Shown piece by piece: positions 1 to 9,609 of a DNA stretch of 23,821 nucleotides. The notes below the pieces were generated by a model that saw only the letters and a program-made list of their open reading frames with translations, was not told the origin of the DNA and ran no database searches. Position 1 is the first letter of the stretch; each line of letters starts with the position of its first letter. The position numbers and the translations under genes are program-made. The stretch comes from Spirochaetota bacterium (GTDB lineage Bacteria > Spirochaetota > UBA4802 > UBA5550): NCBI GenBank assembly GCA_050298055.1, contig JBNKTL010000041.1:1-23821 (forward strand). The letters run 5' to 3'.

Positions 1-185
1 CTGGCGATCATATACGGGGTTTAAATTCATTGAGGAAAGGATTTTACTGGCGATCTGAATTTTTCAGGAAGCCCTAAATATGATTATTTGTATATCGTTG
101 AGCAGCAATATGAATAAGCATTGATTATATATATTAAAATATATCAAAGGAATGTTATGAATTATTTCAGAAAGTTGTTTTTATT

Positions 186-345
186 CTGCGGAGTTTCAGC
201 AGCTCTGCTTATCCGCGCGTACCCGGACCGACGGGCTTGCAGCAGTTGATCCCCATGCCAGGTGGGAATTCAACTTTAATGTTAACCTTGCATATTACTT
301 CCAGCAGGCACGGTACTTTTCGGCTAACCCGGAAAGGGAGTGCAG
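186..345 (+). promoter_or_regulatory. Structured 5' leader of the osmoprotectant operon; candidate cis-regulatory RNA (possibly Na+-I/DUF1646-like)
   Basis: GC-rich island after an AT-rich promoter region. Stems: GCGGA 188-192/TCCGC 212-216, CCCG-gaccga-CGGG, and GTTGA 245-249/TCAAC 270-274 enclosing TCCCCATGCCAGGTGGGA. Family assignment is from memory only. Confidence 0.35.
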
Positions 346-355
346 GCTATGAATC

Positions 356-1555
356 ATGAACAGCATAAAGATAAAAATAGAGAATATTGAAAAGATTTTC
401 GGAGAAAACCGTAAGGAAGCCCGCAGGCTCCTTGAGAAGGGAGTGGTAAAGAACGAGATCCTCGAGAAAACCGGCTGTGCCGTGGGAGTGGTTGACGCTT
501 CATTCGAGGTCAGGGAGGGCGAGACCCTTGTGGTCATGGGGCTCTCCGGCAGCGGGAAGTCCACACTTCTCCGGTGCCTCAACAGGCTCTATGAGCCCAC
601 TGCGGGGAAAGTCACTATCGATGATACCGATGTCACCGCCCTCAAAAAGGAGGAGCTTCGAAAATTCCGGCAGGAGAAATTCGGAATGGTTTTCCAGGGT
701 TTTGCCCTTCTTCCCCACAAGACGGTTCTTGACAATGCCGCCTTCGGCCTGGAACTGCAGAAGTGGGAACTTGCTAAACGGCGGGAGAAGGCAGCCGAAG
801 CCCTGGAGCTTGTGGGCCTCAAGGGGTGGGAGAGCCATTATCCCGGCCAGTTGAGCGGCGGGATGCAGCAGCGGGTTGGAATTGCCCGGGCCCTGGCAGT
901 TGAGCCTGATATCCTCCTCATGGATGAGGCCTTCAGCGCCCTTGACCCCCTCATCAGGGCGGATATGCAGGATGAACTCCTTGCCCTGGAAGACACGGTG
1001 AAGAAAACAATAGTCTTCATCACCCATGACCTGGACGAGGCCCTGAAGATCGGTGACAGAATTGTCCTTATGAAGGATGCCCGGGTTGTCCAGATCGGGA
1101 CACCGGATGACATCCTCATGCGTCCCAAGACAGAATATGTGAAACGTTTTGTTGAGAACGTGGACAGGTCCAAGGTCCTGAGCGCGAAGGATGTCATGGT
1201 AAAGGCATCCACCATCACCTATCCCAAGGACGGTCCCCGGGCAGCTCTCAGGATAATGAAGGAGAAAGGGATCTCCAGCATCTTTGTCGTGGACAAAGGA
1301 CGAAAGTTCAAGGGGATAGTCATGGCCGACAGGGCGGACAGCGCCATAGATAATGAAGAAAAGGACCTTGATAATATCCTGGAAATCTATGAAAAGTATG
1401 TTGTGAGCCCGGAAACCCCCCTGCAGGAGATCATGCCGGTAATGACAGACAGCAGGTACCCGGTTGCGGTTGTGGATGATGAAAGAAAGTTCCAGGGGAT
1501 GATCGTAAGGGGATCAATTATCGCAGGTCTCAGTGAAGGAGGAAAAGATGCTTAA
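356..1555 (+). CDS. proV: Glycine betaine/proline ABC transporter ATP-binding subunit with tandem CBS domains (ProV/OpuAA)
   Basis: Walker A GLSGSGKS, signature LSGGMQQR, Walker B/D-loop [16 protein letters not shown]-terminal CBS pair. Confidence 0.95.
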   Translation: MNSIKIKIENIEKIFGENRKEARRLLEKGVVKNEILEKTGCAVGVVDASFEVREGETLVVMGLSGSGKSTLLRCLNRLYEPTAGKVTIDDTDVTALKKEELRKFRQEKFGMVFQGFALLPHKTVLDNAAFGLELQKWELAKRREKAAEALELVGLKGWESHYPGQLSGGMQQRVGIARALAVEPDILLMDEAFSALDPLIRADMQDELLALEDTVKKTIVFITHDLDEALKIGDRIVLMKDARVVQIGTPDDILMRPKTEYVKRFVENVDRSKVLSAKDVMVKASTITYPKDGPRAALRIMKEKGISSIFVVDKGRKFKGIVMADRADSAIDNEEKDLDNILEIYEKYVVSPETPLQEIMPVMTDSRYPVAVVDDERKFQGMIVRGSIIAGLSEGGKDA

Positions 1556-2417
1556 TTTGCATATAGGTGAATACGTGGAAAAATTTATCACTTGGCTTTC
1601 CCGGGCGGCGGAGCCTTTTTTCACCACGGTGACAGTTGTTATCGACGGGATTATTGACGGGTTCCAGTCCCTGCTGATGTTCCTTCCTAGCTGCGTCATG
1701 ATCGCTCTCTTCGCTCTCATGGCATACCTGGCCACTTCCCGGGAAACCGGATTCTTTACAAAAGAGGGTTTTAAAAAGGGGAGGGGGCTTACCCTGTTTA
1801 CTATAATCGGCCTCCTCCTGCTGGATGGAATGGGTTTCTGGGAGCATGCCATGCAGACACTTGCCCTGGTCATCACCTCCGCTCTTATTGCCCTGGTCAT
1901 TGGGATTCCCACCGGGATATTCGCGTCGAGAAGTGACAGGTTCAATAAGATGATACGGCCGGTCCTTGACCTGATGCAGACGATGCCTGCCTTCGTCTAC
2001 CTGATCCCGGCAATCCTCTTTTTCAGCGTGGGGAATGTTCCCGGTGTGGTGGCAACCGTAGTTTTTGCCATCCCTCCCGGGGTGCGTCTGACCAACCTGG
2101 GAATACGGAATGTTCAGGAGGATGTTATCGAGGCCGCTCTCGCCTATGGCAGCGACCCCAACCAGCTTCTCTTTAAAGTGCAGATCCCCCTTGCAATGCC
2201 CACGATCATGGCCGGGGTAAACCAGGTTATCATGCTTTCACTCTCAATGGTGGTTATCGCATCCATGGTGGGCGCCGGCGGACTGGGACAGCTTGTCTAC
2301 AAAGGTATTCTCCAGGCAAAAATAGGGCTGGGATTTGAAGCCGGCCTGGGAATTGTCATCATTGCCATACTGCTGGACAGAATAACTCAGACTTTCGGGA
2401 AGACTCCGAAAGAATAA
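1548..2417 (+). CDS. proW: Glycine betaine ABC transporter permease (ProW/OpuAB)
   Basis: [18 protein letters not shown] loop (EAALAYG), [32 protein letters not shown] before ATG 1548. Confidence 0.95.
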   Translation: MLNLHIGEYVEKFITWLSRAAEPFFTTVTVVIDGIIDGFQSLLMFLPSCVMIALFALMAYLATSRETGFFTKEGFKKGRGLTLFTIIGLLLLDGMGFWEHAMQTLALVITSALIALVIGIPTGIFASRSDRFNKMIRPVLDLMQTMPAFVYLIPAILFFSVGNVPGVVATVVFAIPPGVRLTNLGIRNVQEDVIEAALAYGSDPNQLLFKVQIPLAMPTIMAGVNQVIMLSLSMVVIASMVGAGGLGQLVYKGILQAKIGLGFEAGLGIVIIAILLDRITQTFGKTPKE

Positions 2418-2437
2418 TACATTACAGGAGGAGATAT

Positions 2438-3286
2438 ATGCTTAAAAAACTTTTAACACTTACAGGAATCGTAGTTGTATCAGCCGCGCTGTTGACAACC
2501 GGATGCGCGAAAAAATCAAAGTCTGACAGGATAACCATCCTCTACCCCAACTGGGCCGAGGGAGTTGCCATAACCCATCTGGCCAGGGTGGCCCTTGAGG
2601 ATAAGGGGATCAAGGTGGATATTAAGCCCATTGAACCGGGCCCCATCTATGCCAGCCTGGCAAAGGGAGATGCCGACCTTTTCCTCGATGCCTGGCTTCC
2701 CAATACCCACAAGGACTACTGGACCAAGTATGGGAGCAGGATTGATAAACTGGGAGAATCATTCAGTGACGGAACCACCGGTCTGGTGGTCCCTTCATAT
2801 GTACCGGAAAACAGCATCCCCGATCTGAAAAAGGCAGGGAAGAAGTATGGCGGAAAAATTATCGGTATCGGGAGCGGAGCCGGGATACATAAGAATACCG
2901 AGAAAACCATCAAGGCCTACGGGCTTTCCTTCAAGCAGATCACATCCAGCGGGCCGGCCATGATTGCCAGCCTGGAAAAGGCCTATAAATCGAAAAAACC
3001 GATTGTAATTACCGGCTGGAAACCCCATTTTATGTGGGCACGGTTTAAGCTGAAGTATCTTGCTGATCCGAAAAAAATCTATCCGAAAGACATTATGGCG
3101 ATCCTTGCCAGAAAGGGATTTTCATCGGACAGGCCGAAGGTTGCAGCCTTTTTCAAGAATTTCAATTTTAGAGAGAAGGAGCTCTACAGCCTTATGAAGG
3201 CCATGAGAGAAAGCAGGGATGAGCTTGCAGCGGCAAAGAAATGGTATGCTGCAAACAAGAAGCTCGTTGACAGCTGGTGGAAATAG
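2438..3286 (+). CDS. proX: Glycine betaine ABC transporter substrate-binding lipoprotein (OpuAC-like)
   Basis: Lipobox LTTGC; NWAEG, AWLPNTH and TGWKPH tryptophan-cage motifs; SD AGGAGG. Confidence 0.92.
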   Translation: MLKKLLTLTGIVVVSAALLTTGCAKKSKSDRITILYPNWAEGVAITHLARVALEDKGIKVDIKPIEPGPIYASLAKGDADLFLDAWLPNTHKDYWTKYGSRIDKLGESFSDGTTGLVVPSYVPENSIPDLKKAGKKYGGKIIGIGSGAGIHKNTEKTIKAYGLSFKQITSSGPAMIASLEKAYKSKKPIVITGWKPHFMWARFKLKYLADPKKIYPKDIMAILARKGFSSDRPKVAAFFKNFNFREKELYSLMKAMRESRDELAAAKKWYAANKKLVDSWWK

Positions 3287-3317
3287 TACCGGCAGCAAAT
3301 TGCTTGGTAAAAAACAG

Positions 3318-3348
3318 GGAGGGTTCCTATGGGAGACCCTCCTTTTTT
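3318..3348 (+). terminator. Rho-independent terminator of the opu operon
   Basis: GGAGGGT 3318-3324 / ACCCTCC 3336-3342 stem followed by TTTTTT. Confidence 0.85.
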
Positions 3349-3356
3349 ATGCATAA

Positions 3357-3410
3357 CTAAAGGACTATGCTGTGGTGGCCCTTGTAGAGTTCGTTCCTTA
3401 TGGTGAGGAT
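3357..3410 (-). pseudogene. Remnant 3' end of a paralog of the ABC-F gene (5138-5191)
   Basis: Translates ILTIRNELYKGHHSIVL* versus IHALRDELYHGHHSLVL* in the intact gene; ungapped alignment. Confidence 0.85.
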
Positions 3411-3442
3411 CCTTTATTGAGCGGTTCAGCTTCAATGCCTCC
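3410..3442 (+). pseudogene. 33-bp internal ABC-F fragment in inverted orientation
   Basis: TCCTTTATTGAGCGGTTCAGCTTCAATGCCTCC matches the reverse complement of 5942-5974 at 31/33. Confidence 0.85.
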
Positions 3443-3586
3443 TCATCGATGCATGCATTGTCTACCGGAAAACCCGTGAATCGAAGATGTTCTTCCCGTT
3501 CGGGGAAAAGGCCATTATGGGGAAACACCTTGAACTTCTTCTGGAGAGTGGAGTTGTGAAGCAGGAGGGGGGATGTTATTCTCTCG
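3443..3586 (+). pseudogene. Remnant 3' end of a paralog of the MBL-fold hydrolase (7760-7903)
   Basis: 144-nt ungapped alignment including identical GTTCGGGGAAAAGGCCATTATGGGGAAACACCTTGAACTTCT. Confidence 0.9.
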
Positions 3587-3659
3587 GGGAATCATTGTAT
3601 CCGCAGTAGACTTCCGGGGCAGGTAACTGCTCTTTTTTCTATGATGACCATAACTTCCG

Positions 3660-4169
3660 CTATTTTTTCTGTATGACCTCTATCTCCTGATTCTGATCCT
3701 GGGAAATTATCGTAAATCTGTTTTTCCCCCATCCCATGGAGAAGAGTATCAGTTCCTGTGTTATAACAAAGGGAAGGAGTTCTCCGTTATAGTTATTATC
3801 TTCCCTGACACCCACCAGGGGTGTAACCCGGATCTCCCTCCTGCAACCGGCAAAGTTACCTCCCTTAATGACTTGTTCCGAGATATGAACGGATTTGATA
3901 TAAGGTCTCCAGCCTTTATCGGTCCTCATTTTTCCGCTTATTGCCAGAGAGACCAGGCTCCTCCCGTTAAAAAGGTTCAGCCGGGAATCCAGAAGCTTTA
4001 TCTTCAGGGATGTCACCTCCATATCTTCCTGGTATGGCCACCAGCCGATTTGATAGATAAAGGGGACACTGGACTCAGGTTTTCGGACTGCCGGCCCCAG
4101 TTTCATGCACTTTGTAACAAAGAGGGCCGCTAATAGGATCACTCCCAGTATAATTAAAATTATCTTCAT
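3660..4169 (-). CDS. Hypothetical exported/membrane-anchored protein
   Basis: 169-aa ORF, hydrophobic N-terminus MKIILIILGVILLAALFV, SD-like AAGGA upstream. Confidence 0.7.
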   Translation of the reverse strand: MKIILIILGVILLAALFVTKCMKLGPAVRKPESSVPFIYQIGWWPYQEDMEVTSLKIKLLDSRLNLFNGRSLVSLAISGKMRTDKGWRPYIKSVHISEQVIKGGNFAGCRREIRVTPLVGVREDNNYNGELLPFVITQELILFSMGWGKNRFTIISQDQNQEIEVIQKK

Positions 4170-4296
4170 TTTCAGTCTATCCTTTTGTAATTTTATTAAT
4201 TCTTACTGTTTCTCATAAACATTTTCTGTACACTGTCAGTATCTGCCAGCAGTTTTTTGTATTCTCCGGGCTTCACCGGGTAAATAAATAATAATT

Positions 4297-4596
4297 ATGA
4301 ACTGATTTTTGATATTCTCCTGGTTTTGTGGAGTGAACTGTTTCTCTATTCGGTAGTTACCCGGGGAAAGAATCTCTACCAGCTTCTCACCATTGATCAA
4401 CTTATCTGGTCAACCGTGGTAATCACCTTTGTATTGTCGTGGTATCTTTTTATGATATACTATCATCTGGATAAAAAAATTGAAAATGCCTGACCTTCAG
4501 TAATGATGTTTCCTGTGGGAAGAAATTTACCTCTGGGGGAAAATTAACGGCGCCCTCAATGCCGGTGAAGTCCTTTCTTTTTTCCGTGTACAGACT
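4297..4596 (+). pseudogene. Internally deleted paralog of the membrane protein gene 9610-10536
   Basis: 4297-4511 aligns to 9674-9888, 4512-4582 to 10308-10378, 4577-4596 to 10498-10517; TGG->TGA stop at 4491-4493. Confidence 0.9.
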
Positions 4597-4623
4597 CAGA
4601 GGGGGTATCTTTTAGAGCAAATT

Positions 4624-4653
4624 CTCATTACCGGTTACCTGTCCGGTAATGAG
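4624..4653 (-). terminator. 11-bp stem-loop, probable terminator for the ABC-F/lipoprotein unit
   Basis: CTCATTACCGG 4624-4634 / CCGGTAATGAG 4643-4653, just downstream of the stop at 4670; weak U-tract. Confidence 0.55.
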
Positions 4654-4669
4654 TGGTGCGGGTAAATAT

Positions 4670-5128
4670 TTAGTCATAAAGCACCAGGGTATGTTCATAG
4701 GGAATGAGCCGGTTCATCTCCTGAACCAGTTTATGAATATCCGGCTGTTTAATAAAATAGAGTTTTATTTTTGAATGTTTATTCTTTATTTGTATATCCA
4801 GCAGGGTATGTACTTCTCCCTTTACTTCTTTATTGATATATTTGTTTTTCAGCGATTTCAGGGGAAATGTCTTTAAAAAAAGGAGTAGTTTTCTTTTTTC
4901 ATCTTTTGTTAAAACGCGGTTAACTACGACTAAACCGGGTTCGTCATTTCCTGAATGTTTTATTACCCTGATTTCATTCTGGTTAAAATCATATGTATAC
5001 AGGGGGTTGTCCCCATGGGTTATCTGTTTTATGTTAATATGAAAGTTAAATTCCATAATATTTTTTTCAGGTATAATTGAACAATTCATAAAAAAAAATA
5101 AAATCGTAGCACTTAATATTGTTTTCAT
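4670..5128 (-). CDS. Hypothetical lipoprotein (AT-rich)
   Basis: 152-aa ORF with signal peptide MKTILSATILFFFMNC ending in Cys; starts 9 nt after the ABC-F stop. Confidence 0.7.
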   Translation of the reverse strand: MKTILSATILFFFMNCSIIPEKNIMEFNFHINIKQITHGDNPLYTYDFNQNEIRVIKHSGNDEPGLVVVNRVLTKDEKRKLLLFLKTFPLKSLKNKYINKEVKGEVHTLLDIQIKNKHSKIKLYFIKQPDIHKLVQEMNRLIPYEHTLVLYD

Positions 5129-5137
5129 AAAGCAAAA

Positions 5138-6772
5138 CTAAAGTACCAAACTGTGATGGCCATGATAGAGTTCGTCCCGCAGGGCGTGTATCTCATGGCT
5201 GTTTATATAGTCATCGAACAGCATGTAGCGGTCGATTGTTCCGCCGGGTGTTATTTCAACAATCCGGTTTGCTATGGTGTTTATAAACTCATGGTCATGT
5301 GAGGAGAAGAGAACCAGTTCCGGGTATTTGATCAAACTGTTGTTCAGGGAAGTGATTGATTCCAGGTCCAGGTGGCTGGTAGGTTCATCGAAAATAAGGG
5401 CGTTGGCGCCGGAGAGCATCATCCGGGAGAGCATGCACCGTACCTTCTCCCCTCCGGAAAGCACCTGTACGCTCTTAAGTGACTCCTCCCCTGTAAAGAG
5501 CATTCTCCCGAGAAATCCCCGGGCATATGACTCATCAGGGTCATCTGTATACTGCCTTATCCACTTGAGGACGCTGATGTCAGTGTCAAAAAACGAGCTG
5601 TTTTCCTTGGGAAGGTAAGAGCTGGTTATGGTCTCACCCCACCTGTAAGAGCCGCTGTCAGGCTCCAGTTCCCCGGAAAGGATCCGGAACAGGGTGGTTT
5701 GTACCAGGTGGCTGTATGCCAGGAAGACGATCTTGTCCTTCTTGTTTACAAGCAGATTAAAATCCTTAAGGACCTCTTCTCCGTCCATACTCTTGGAGAG
5801 CCCCTCAATCTCAAGGATGGACTTTCCGCTCTCCCTGTGGGGTTTAAATTCTATAAAGGGGTACTTCCGGGAACTCGGTTTGATGTCGTCAATTGTGAGT
5901 TTCTCAAGGAGTTTCTTCCGGGACGTTGCCTGCCGGGCCTTGGAGGCATTGGAACTGAACCGCTCAATAAAGGACTGCAGCTCCTTTTTTTTATCTTCGA
6001 TTTTTTTGTTTTCATTACGCCGCTGTTCCAGGGCGATTTCGCTCATCTGTACCCAGAAATCATAGTTGCCGGTAAAGATCTCGATCTTCCCGAAATCAAT
6101 GTCGGCTATATGGGTGCATACCCTGTTCAGGAAATGCCTGTCGTGGCTGACAACGATGACGGTGTTATTGAAATAGTAGAGAAAGTCCTCCAGCCAGCTG
6201 ATGGATTCAATGTCCAGGTGGTTGGTTGGCTCATCCAGAAGGAGGATGTCAGGATTTCCAAAAAGGGCCTGCGCGAGAAGGACCTTCACTTTCTCTCCGC
6301 CCTCAAGTTCCTTCATTTTTTTTCCATGCAGCTCTTCTCCGATACCGAGACCTGACAGGAGTTTCGCGGCGTCACTTTCCGCTTCGTAGCCGTTTAACTC
6401 ATCAACCTCTTCCTCCAGTTCCGATATCCGGATGCCGTCCTCATTGAGGAATTCCTCCTTGGCGTATATTTCTTCCCGCTCCTTGAGGACGTCGTAGAGC
6501 CTCTTATGGCCCATGATAGCCGTGTCCATTACGGTGTATTCATCAAAGGCGAAGTGGTCCTGGCGGAGAATAGCTATCCTGTCCTTTGGATTGGTAAGGA
6601 CTTCCCCGTCATTGGGTTCAATCTCCCCGGAAAGTATTTTTAAAAATGTTGATTTCCCGGAGCCGTTTGCCCCGATGAGCCCGTAACAGTTGCCGGGACG
6701 GAACTTGATGTTGACTTTTTTAAAGAGTACCCTTTCCCCGAAGCCAAGGGTAAGGTCATTTGCATGCAGCAT
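5138..6772 (-). CDS. ABC-F family ribosome-associated ATPase (YbiT/YkpA-like)
   Basis: Two ABC domains, no TM segments; [33 protein letters not shown], linker RFSSNASKARQATSRKK; second Walker A degenerate. Confidence 0.92.
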   Translation of the reverse strand: MLHANDLTLGFGERVLFKKVNIKFRPGNCYGLIGANGSGKSTFLKILSGEIEPNDGEVLTNPKDRIAILRQDHFAFDEYTVMDTAIMGHKRLYDVLKEREEIYAKEEFLNEDGIRISELEEEVDELNGYEAESDAAKLLSGLGIGEELHGKKMKELEGGEKVKVLLAQALFGNPDILLLDEPTNHLDIESISWLEDFLYYFNNTVIVVSHDRHFLNRVCTHIADIDFGKIEIFTGNYDFWVQMSEIALEQRRNENKKIEDKKKELQSFIERFSSNASKARQATSRKKLLEKLTIDDIKPSSRKYPFIEFKPHRESGKSILEIEGLSKSMDGEEVLKDFNLLVNKKDKIVFLAYSHLVQTTLFRILSGELEPDSGSYRWGETITSSYLPKENSSFFDTDISVLKWIRQYTDDPDESYARGFLGRMLFTGEESLKSVQVLSGGEKVRCMLSRMMLSGANALIFDEPTSHLDLESITSLNNSLIKYPELVLFSSHDHEFINTIANRIVEITPGGTIDRYMLFDDYINSHEIHALRDELYHGHHSLVL

Positions 6773-7008
6773 GTCAGATTTCCTGTTGTATGATATTTGT
6801 GATTCAGGGTGGACAACCGGTTGAAGTCACGAATCTCTTCCCATAAATATGATCTTATTGTCAGATGATTAGATGGGTCGCTTGTGTCAACAGAATTTTT
6901 ATAGAAGGCAGTAGATCCCTCACCTTAGGCCCGCTGATTATAACGAATATTTGCTTTGACAGAGGAGCAAGTTCCCGGCATACTATCCCTATGAAAGAAG
7001 TTGGTGGA

Positions 7009-7917
7009 ATGAATAAAGAAACAGGTCGAGAGGAAGTACGGTTCGGACCGGTGTGGTTCATCCCGGGGGAGAATAATGGAAAATACCCCTGTTGTCATTC
7101 CCTTTATATTCAGGGAGCCGGGGTACTGATTGACCCCGCATCCAACAGGCAGAGGCTCATTGAACTGAAAGAGGGTCCCGGAGTAGGGGAGGTGTGGCTC
7201 AGCCACTGGCATGAGGACCACTTCATGCACCTTGATCTTTTTGATGATCTTCCCCTGAAAATATCGGAGCCGGACGCTCCGCCGCTGTCAAGTATTGAAA
7301 ATCTCATCAATTCCTACGGCATTGACCACCAGTTTATGGATGACTGGAAAAAGAACTTTATCGAGACGTTTAACTTTCGGCCACGGGAGCCATCCGGGTA
7401 TCTCAGCGACGGTCAGGAGATTGATCTGGGCAATGTACGGGTCCGGGTGATCCTTGCCCCGGGGCATACGCCGGGAAGCATATCCCTGCTCTTCCCGGAC
7501 CAGAAACTTCTCTTCCTCGGTGATTATGACCTGAGCCGGTTCGGCCCCTGGTACGGGGACAGGCAATCCAGCATCCCGGATACCATCAGGTCGGTGAGGA
7601 TGCTTCAATCGATGCCGGCGGAAACATGGGTGGTTTCCCATGAGGAGGGGATCTTTCATGAAGCTCCCGGGAGTTTGTGGGATGATTACCTGGGCGTTAT
7701 CGATTACAGGGAGAAGAGGCTCCTTGAATTTCTGGAAATGCCCCGGACCATGGAAGATATCATCGGTGCATGCATTGTGTACCGGAAACCCCGTGAACCG
7801 AAGATGTTTTTTCAGTTCGGGGAAAAGGCCATTATGGGGAAACACCTTGAACTTCTCATGGGAAGAGGGATGGTGAAGGAGGAGGGGGGATACTATTCTG
7901 TCGTGTCACCACCCTGA
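7009..7917 (+). CDS. MBL-fold metallo-hydrolase with C-terminal winged-helix-like extension
   Basis: HWHEDH (HxHxDH), PGHTPGS, FLGD, SH; start probably ATG 7009 after GGTGGA. Confidence 0.88.
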   Translation: MNKETGREEVRFGPVWFIPGENNGKYPCCHSLYIQGAGVLIDPASNRQRLIELKEGPGVGEVWLSHWHEDHFMHLDLFDDLPLKISEPDAPPLSSIENLINSYGIDHQFMDDWKKNFIETFNFRPREPSGYLSDGQEIDLGNVRVRVILAPGHTPGSISLLFPDQKLLFLGDYDLSRFGPWYGDRQSSIPDTIRSVRMLQSMPAETWVVSHEEGIFHEAPGSLWDDYLGVIDYREKRLLEFLEMPRTMEDIIGACIVYRKPREPKMFFQFGEKAIMGKHLELLMGRGMVKEEGGYYSVVSPP

Positions 7918-8421
7918 CCGGTCATGAAGGTATTGAAAAACTTATTTAACCGGACAATGATTTTTTAGTTTATTAACGATATTGCCAGATTTAATTTCAA
8001 TTATTACCATACATAGCTTTTATTTATTATGATATATATTGAACAAAAATCGTACTTCCCGCTCCCATCCGGGGGCTTTTTGCCAACATCGCATATAACA
8101 TCACTATGGTTTAAAGTGGTGCCGGTCAATGATTCATTCCGGTGCAAGCAGCGACCGACGATCTATCGGCACGATGGTTTCGCCGGGATTACCGTTTTTC
8201 CGGTTGGCTGCTGTGTTTAAATACCTGCCGCACGATTCAACCTTTTAAAACGAGGAACAAGGCTTTCGTCCGTCTGTGAGAAAAGCATCCCGCGTAATGT
8301 GGTACTGGTAATTGATTTGACCTCCACGGATAAAGGAATAAAAAGAGGATAAAAATGAAAAAGATAAAGGATATTGCGGCTGTACTTTGCAGGGTTGAGG
8401 CAGCTGAGATTGGAGAAACGT

Positions 8422-9303
8422 ATGAAATCAGCCAATAAATATGCATATATTGAAGGATGGCTTTCAATTTTCATAAACACCGGGCTTTTTGCCTTAAAAT
8501 ACTGGGCCGGAGTGGTAACCGGATCAGTTGCCATTATAGCAGATGCATGGCATACTCTGTCTGATTCCATCTCTTCAATGGTGGTTATTACAGGCGCTAA
8601 AATATCCTCAAAACCTGCGGACAGGGGACATCCTTTTGGTCATGGAAGAGCCGAGTTGATAAGTTCAATTATCATTGGGGTTTTACTTATGGTGGTTTCG
8701 GGAAATTTCTTCGTTGAATCAGTACAGAAAATAAAAAATCATGAAAGTGTAACATATGGCCTTCCGGCAATAATTGCAACAGTTGTTTCAATACTGGTAA
8801 AGGAGATTCTGGCTCAGTATGCATTTTATGCAGGCAGGAAAACCGGAATGCAGTCATTAACTGCTGATGGATGGCATCACAGAAGCGATGCAATTTCTTC
8901 TCTAATTATTCTTGCAGGTATTGCACTGGGTTCATTTTTCTGGTGGATTGATGCTGTTCTTGGAATCATTGTTGCCAGTATAATTTTTTACGCCGCATAT
9001 ACCGTCATCCGTGACACATCAAGTAAAATCTTCGGAGAAGAACCGTCGGAAAAACTTATTGATGATATGAATAGTATTGTTGCCGAACATTATCCCGGTG
9101 ATTCATTTACGCACCACTTTCATCTTCATGATTATGGTTTACACAGGGAGTTGACATTTCACATGAGGTTCCCGGGCGGTGACAGCATACATGACGTACA
9201 TACAATTATCCATACAATTGAACAGGACATTCTTCATCGGTACAATATAGAAGCAACAATACATCCAGAACCTATAACGGGAAAACAGGGTAATCAGAAT
9301 TAA
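8422..9303 (+). CDS. Cation diffusion facilitator (FieF-like) transporter
   Basis: ADAWHTLSD, KPADRGHPFGHGRAE, ADGWHHRSD, C-terminal IHPEP; SD GGAG before ATG 8422. Confidence 0.93.
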   Translation: MKSANKYAYIEGWLSIFINTGLFALKYWAGVVTGSVAIIADAWHTLSDSISSMVVITGAKISSKPADRGHPFGHGRAELISSIIIGVLLMVVSGNFFVESVQKIKNHESVTYGLPAIIATVVSILVKEILAQYAFYAGRKTGMQSLTADGWHHRSDAISSLIILAGIALGSFFWWIDAVLGIIVASIIFYAAYTVIRDTSSKIFGEEPSEKLIDDMNSIVAEHYPGDSFTHHFHLHDYGLHRELTFHMRFPGGDSIHDVHTIIHTIEQDILHRYNIEATIHPEPITGKQGNQN

Positions 9304-9609
9304 GCTTATTGCCCGGTTTTTTAAAGAAGTATACCTGATAATCTCTAATAACCACTGGCTATTTTCATAATCAATATTAAAAAAAAGATGAATTAGTATT
9401 AAAAATCATCCCCGGATTTTTAGCCGCTGTAGTCTATTTCAGGTGGTTATTGGGGGTTCTGGGATATATGCTCCCGTATGTTGTGCTTTCATCATTTATA
9501 AGAAAGAACGCTTCCTGTGAAAATAAAACCAGGTAAAGATATTGACATTCACCAAATATCATTACAGGGTCACCCTGCACAGGACCGGATTATCTTTCAC
9601 AAGAGAACC

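Noticed and set aside
295..345. c-di-AMP (ydaO) riboswitch suggested by CGGCTAACCCGGAA
   Set aside because: The 5' elements (GCTGAATC, GGAGGAAC, TGGGG..AAT) are not found
3443..7903. DGR template/variable repeat pair (3443-3586 versus 7760-7903)
   Set aside because: Mismatches are not adenine-specific, no reverse transcriptase is present, and neighbouring genes are duplicated too
8050..8330. NiCo riboswitch or partial attC upstream of the CDF gene
   Set aside because: Some pairing potential, but no convincing four-way-junction consensus and no complementary R''/R' pair; may be gene debris
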